Assembly: GCF_023055435.1 (NCBI RefSeq)
Contig: NW_025963890.1
Coordinates: 48,112,001 to 48,176,000, forward strand
DNA length: 64,000 nucleotides
From: Haliotis rufescens
Lineage: Eukaryota
Reading direction: 5' to 3'
In this document: positions 61,857 through 64,000 of the stretch, piece after piece
Layout of the letters: every line of letters begins with the position of its first letter
Position numbering within the stretch: the first letter of the stretch is position 1
Position numbers and translations under genes: made by a program
The notes under the pieces: generated by a model
Databases searched by the model: none
Seen by the model: the letters and a program-made list of their open reading frames with translations, nothing else
Told to the model about the DNA's origin: nothing

Positions 61857-62678
61857 TTATTCTTCCTTGTTCTTAACACCTTGAAGGAAAAATCGACAGA
61901 TAAAGGTTGTCCACAACGACAGTACTGCACACAAACTGAGTACAAACCGTAGTCCCTTGAACCATGGTGGGTACCCAGGCACTACAGTGTCGAAATATGC
62001 AGACCCTGCAATACCAGCCATCACAGTGAACACAGACACAGGGTCTGGGAGGAGAAGTCCCGCCCACGCCACCAGAGAGGGGGTGACGCTGTAGCCCAAA
62101 TTGAACCAGTCAGGTTTATGATAGCTCTCTTCAGGTACCACAAACCCCCATCGCACCCCTCCGAGAAAAGACAGAATGACAGCGCCATAGGCCAGCTGAG
62201 CAAAAGCAATCTGTGGCATGTACAGTTGTGACATGGTCATATACACTGGTGCTGACACAAAGGGAATTAAACCAGAAAATCCAAGAACTAAGGCCGGGAC
62301 TGGGGATGATCTTAGTTCTTTTAAATTTGTCCACACGGTGAGAGCGCGGGTTTCTCTGTCTTCTGAAATGAATCGTTTCTGGATGCCAATTTCATGTGAT
62401 TGTGTGTGCACACGGCTCCATGCTGGAACACAGAATGTAGACAAAAGGAATACACTTCTGTTGCAGAAAACAGCATTATTGTGTTGAAAACTCTTCAATC
62501 TTTGACAGTGTTGAAACACATTTGTGTGATGTGTGGACAGTGTTCTTGAAGCATATTCTGGGTCTGCTCTAACCAATCCATGAAAACGTCTTGCTGCTAT
62601 ATATCTGCAGCAGGCTAACTGTGTGACAGCAGGGAGTTCCCGGGAAGCTCTTTGTAAAGATGTCAACAGGAGTTTCAT
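61857..62678 (-). CDS. TMEM69: Transmembrane protein 69 (DUF3429), 273 aa, single coding exon
   Basis: Acceptor ttttcag at 62711, ATG at 62678. SPVPALVLGFSGLIPF, QLAYGAVILSFLGGVRWG, PDWFNLGYSVTPSLVAW, YPPWFKGLRFVLS. Basic N-terminus resembling a mitochondrial presequence. Confidence 0.92.
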   Translation of the reverse strand: MKLLLTSLQRASRELPAVTQLACCRYIAARRFHGLVRADPEYASRTLSTHHTNVFQHCQRLKSFQHNNAVFCNRSVFLLSTFCVPAWSRVHTQSHEIGIQKRFISEDRETRALTVWTNLKELRSSPVPALVLGFSGLIPFVSAPVYMTMSQLYMPQIAFAQLAYGAVILSFLGGVRWGFVVPEESYHKPDWFNLGYSVTPSLVAWAGLLLPDPVSVFTVMAGIAGSAYFDTVVPGYPPWFKGLRFVLSLCAVLSLWTTFICRFFLQGVKNKEE

Positions 62679-63189
62679 GATTGGTTGTATATGTAGGAAC
62701 AGTTTCTTCCCTGAAAATTTGAGACAGGCATTAAATAACAATATTTGCATACATACCCAATGAAAGCCAGTAAGATGAATGCATGTACCAGAAAATGTAT
62801 GAAATAGCATTACTCTTCATAAACTTATTTGCTTGATTGTATAATACCAATTGTTTCAATGGTGGTTTTTTTTATCTATTCTTGCTAACAGTTTCCAAAT
62901 TATCTTTACTTACTAATATTAATTTTATTATATGCTATCTGCTATTCTTTGTTACGTAAAAATCAATAGTTCTAGCTGCCTTACAGGCTCCACATAGTAA
63001 GTGCAAATTTGAATGAAGATGAAACTTCACATGGCGAAGTTGCACTGCAATGACAATGCATTGATTACAGTTAGAAATGTTACACACGAAATAATTAAAT
63101 GATATCATTCAATGCAGTCTTTACTGAAAGTGACAGGCCTATAAATAAGATATAACTTTCAACAACCTTGCCGAGGACTACCTCTCGGG

Positions 63190-63470
63190 AAACTTTACCG
63201 TTGATACTGTTGGTTATCTCCCTTTAGTATTTGACCTGAAAGTTAACCTTTTGCCCTACATTGAATTGACCAATGAATGCCACGATAACAATAGCAGTAT
63301 AAAGATAAACCAATCACATGCCTTGTTACACACAAAAAAGTACGTCATTTGCATAGTCTCGCGCGAGATTGTTCGCTAACGAGAATCCGCTCGCAGTTTC
63401 GTTACTTGACGTCATTGGCAGTCGAGAGTTTCTACCCAGATGTCAGTGCGTGTTCCGATCCCGTACAATG
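63190..63470. promoter_or_regulatory. Probable bidirectional promoter between TMEM69 and MED26
   Basis: CpG-rich. CCAAT near 63270 and 63310, palindrome TCTCGCGCGAGA 63357-63368, CRE TGACGTCA 63407-63414 with overlapping ATTGG, and a candidate minus-strand donor at 63198-63197 for a non-coding TMEM69 exon. Confidence 0.6.
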
Positions 63471-63554
63471 TATGGACGTCCGCCATTCTGGTGGCACAGT
63501 CTACGAAGCTCTGCTGGCGCAACTCCCCTCACATAGGAGATTCTGGCCGGCCCC

Positions 63555-63617
63555 ATGCAGTTCACTCCTCTTCAGATAAAAGAGAAACTTCTGAAGGCAC
63601 TTGATGATCAAAATAAT
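63555..63617 (+). CDS. MED26: Mediator subunit 26, first coding exon (gene continues past window end)
   Basis: MQFTPLQIKEKLLKALDDQNN followed by a phase-0 gtaag donor; resembles the human MED26 N-terminus SPQQIRDRLLQAIDPQSN. Only 21 aa are visible. Confidence 0.75.
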
Positions 63618-64000
63618 GTAAGATTTTTCACCTTTTCGAAGGTGAAAACAGATCACCATTTCGTACCTATGACCGACTTCGCTCAACAACGATGTCTGGT
63701 GCGAAGGAAATGGGTGATCAGTAAACAACGTTCAGCCTTGCAGTTTCGCGATATGTTTCATACCGTACATAAATCTACCTATCCTAGTGGTATGAATATG
63801 AATATTATTTCATATATCACATCTTATTTCAGTATTTGATCTCATTTAGCCGTTATAAAGTCCTGCTGAGTTCGCATTTCGGAGACGCAATCTCCCAAAT
63901 TTGGCCTGATTGAATCCCTGTGAGTCTCTGTAACAGATTGTTTTTTATGCGAAGCACGGTGTTAGTAGCCAAATACTCTCTCAATTATATATTTTCTTTG

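Overview
Eukaryotic, intron-rich, repeat-dense animal genomic DNA. The SINE repertoire looks molluscan, possibly abalone; this is inference. Host genes reconstructed from splice sites: (1) two head-to-head paralogous ceramide-kinase-like genes (PH + DAGK catalytic domain), copy A on the minus strand (ATG 13871, running off the left end) and copy B on the plus strand (21442-43339, 12 coding exons, 485 aa); (2) TCEANC2 (minus, 4 exons, 206 aa); (3) TMEM69 (minus, 273 aa); (4) the first coding exon of MED26 (plus), divergent from TMEM69. The rest is minisatellites, four SINE-like families, MITEs, a DIRS element with its ITR/ICR termini, a near-full-length decayed LINE ORF and BEL/Pao and L1/Tx1 remnants. 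Most notable observations: a complete 428-bp miniature LTR element whose 161-bp LTRs each contain a tRNA-Arg-derived Pol III cassette (tRNA-Lys PBS, PPT, 4-bp TSD); minisatellites that amplify splice sites, including 12 in-frame donor copies in TCEANC2; exon-by-exon patchwork gene conversion between the two kinase paralogs; and a headless retroposon family with a fixed, highly structured 5' end.
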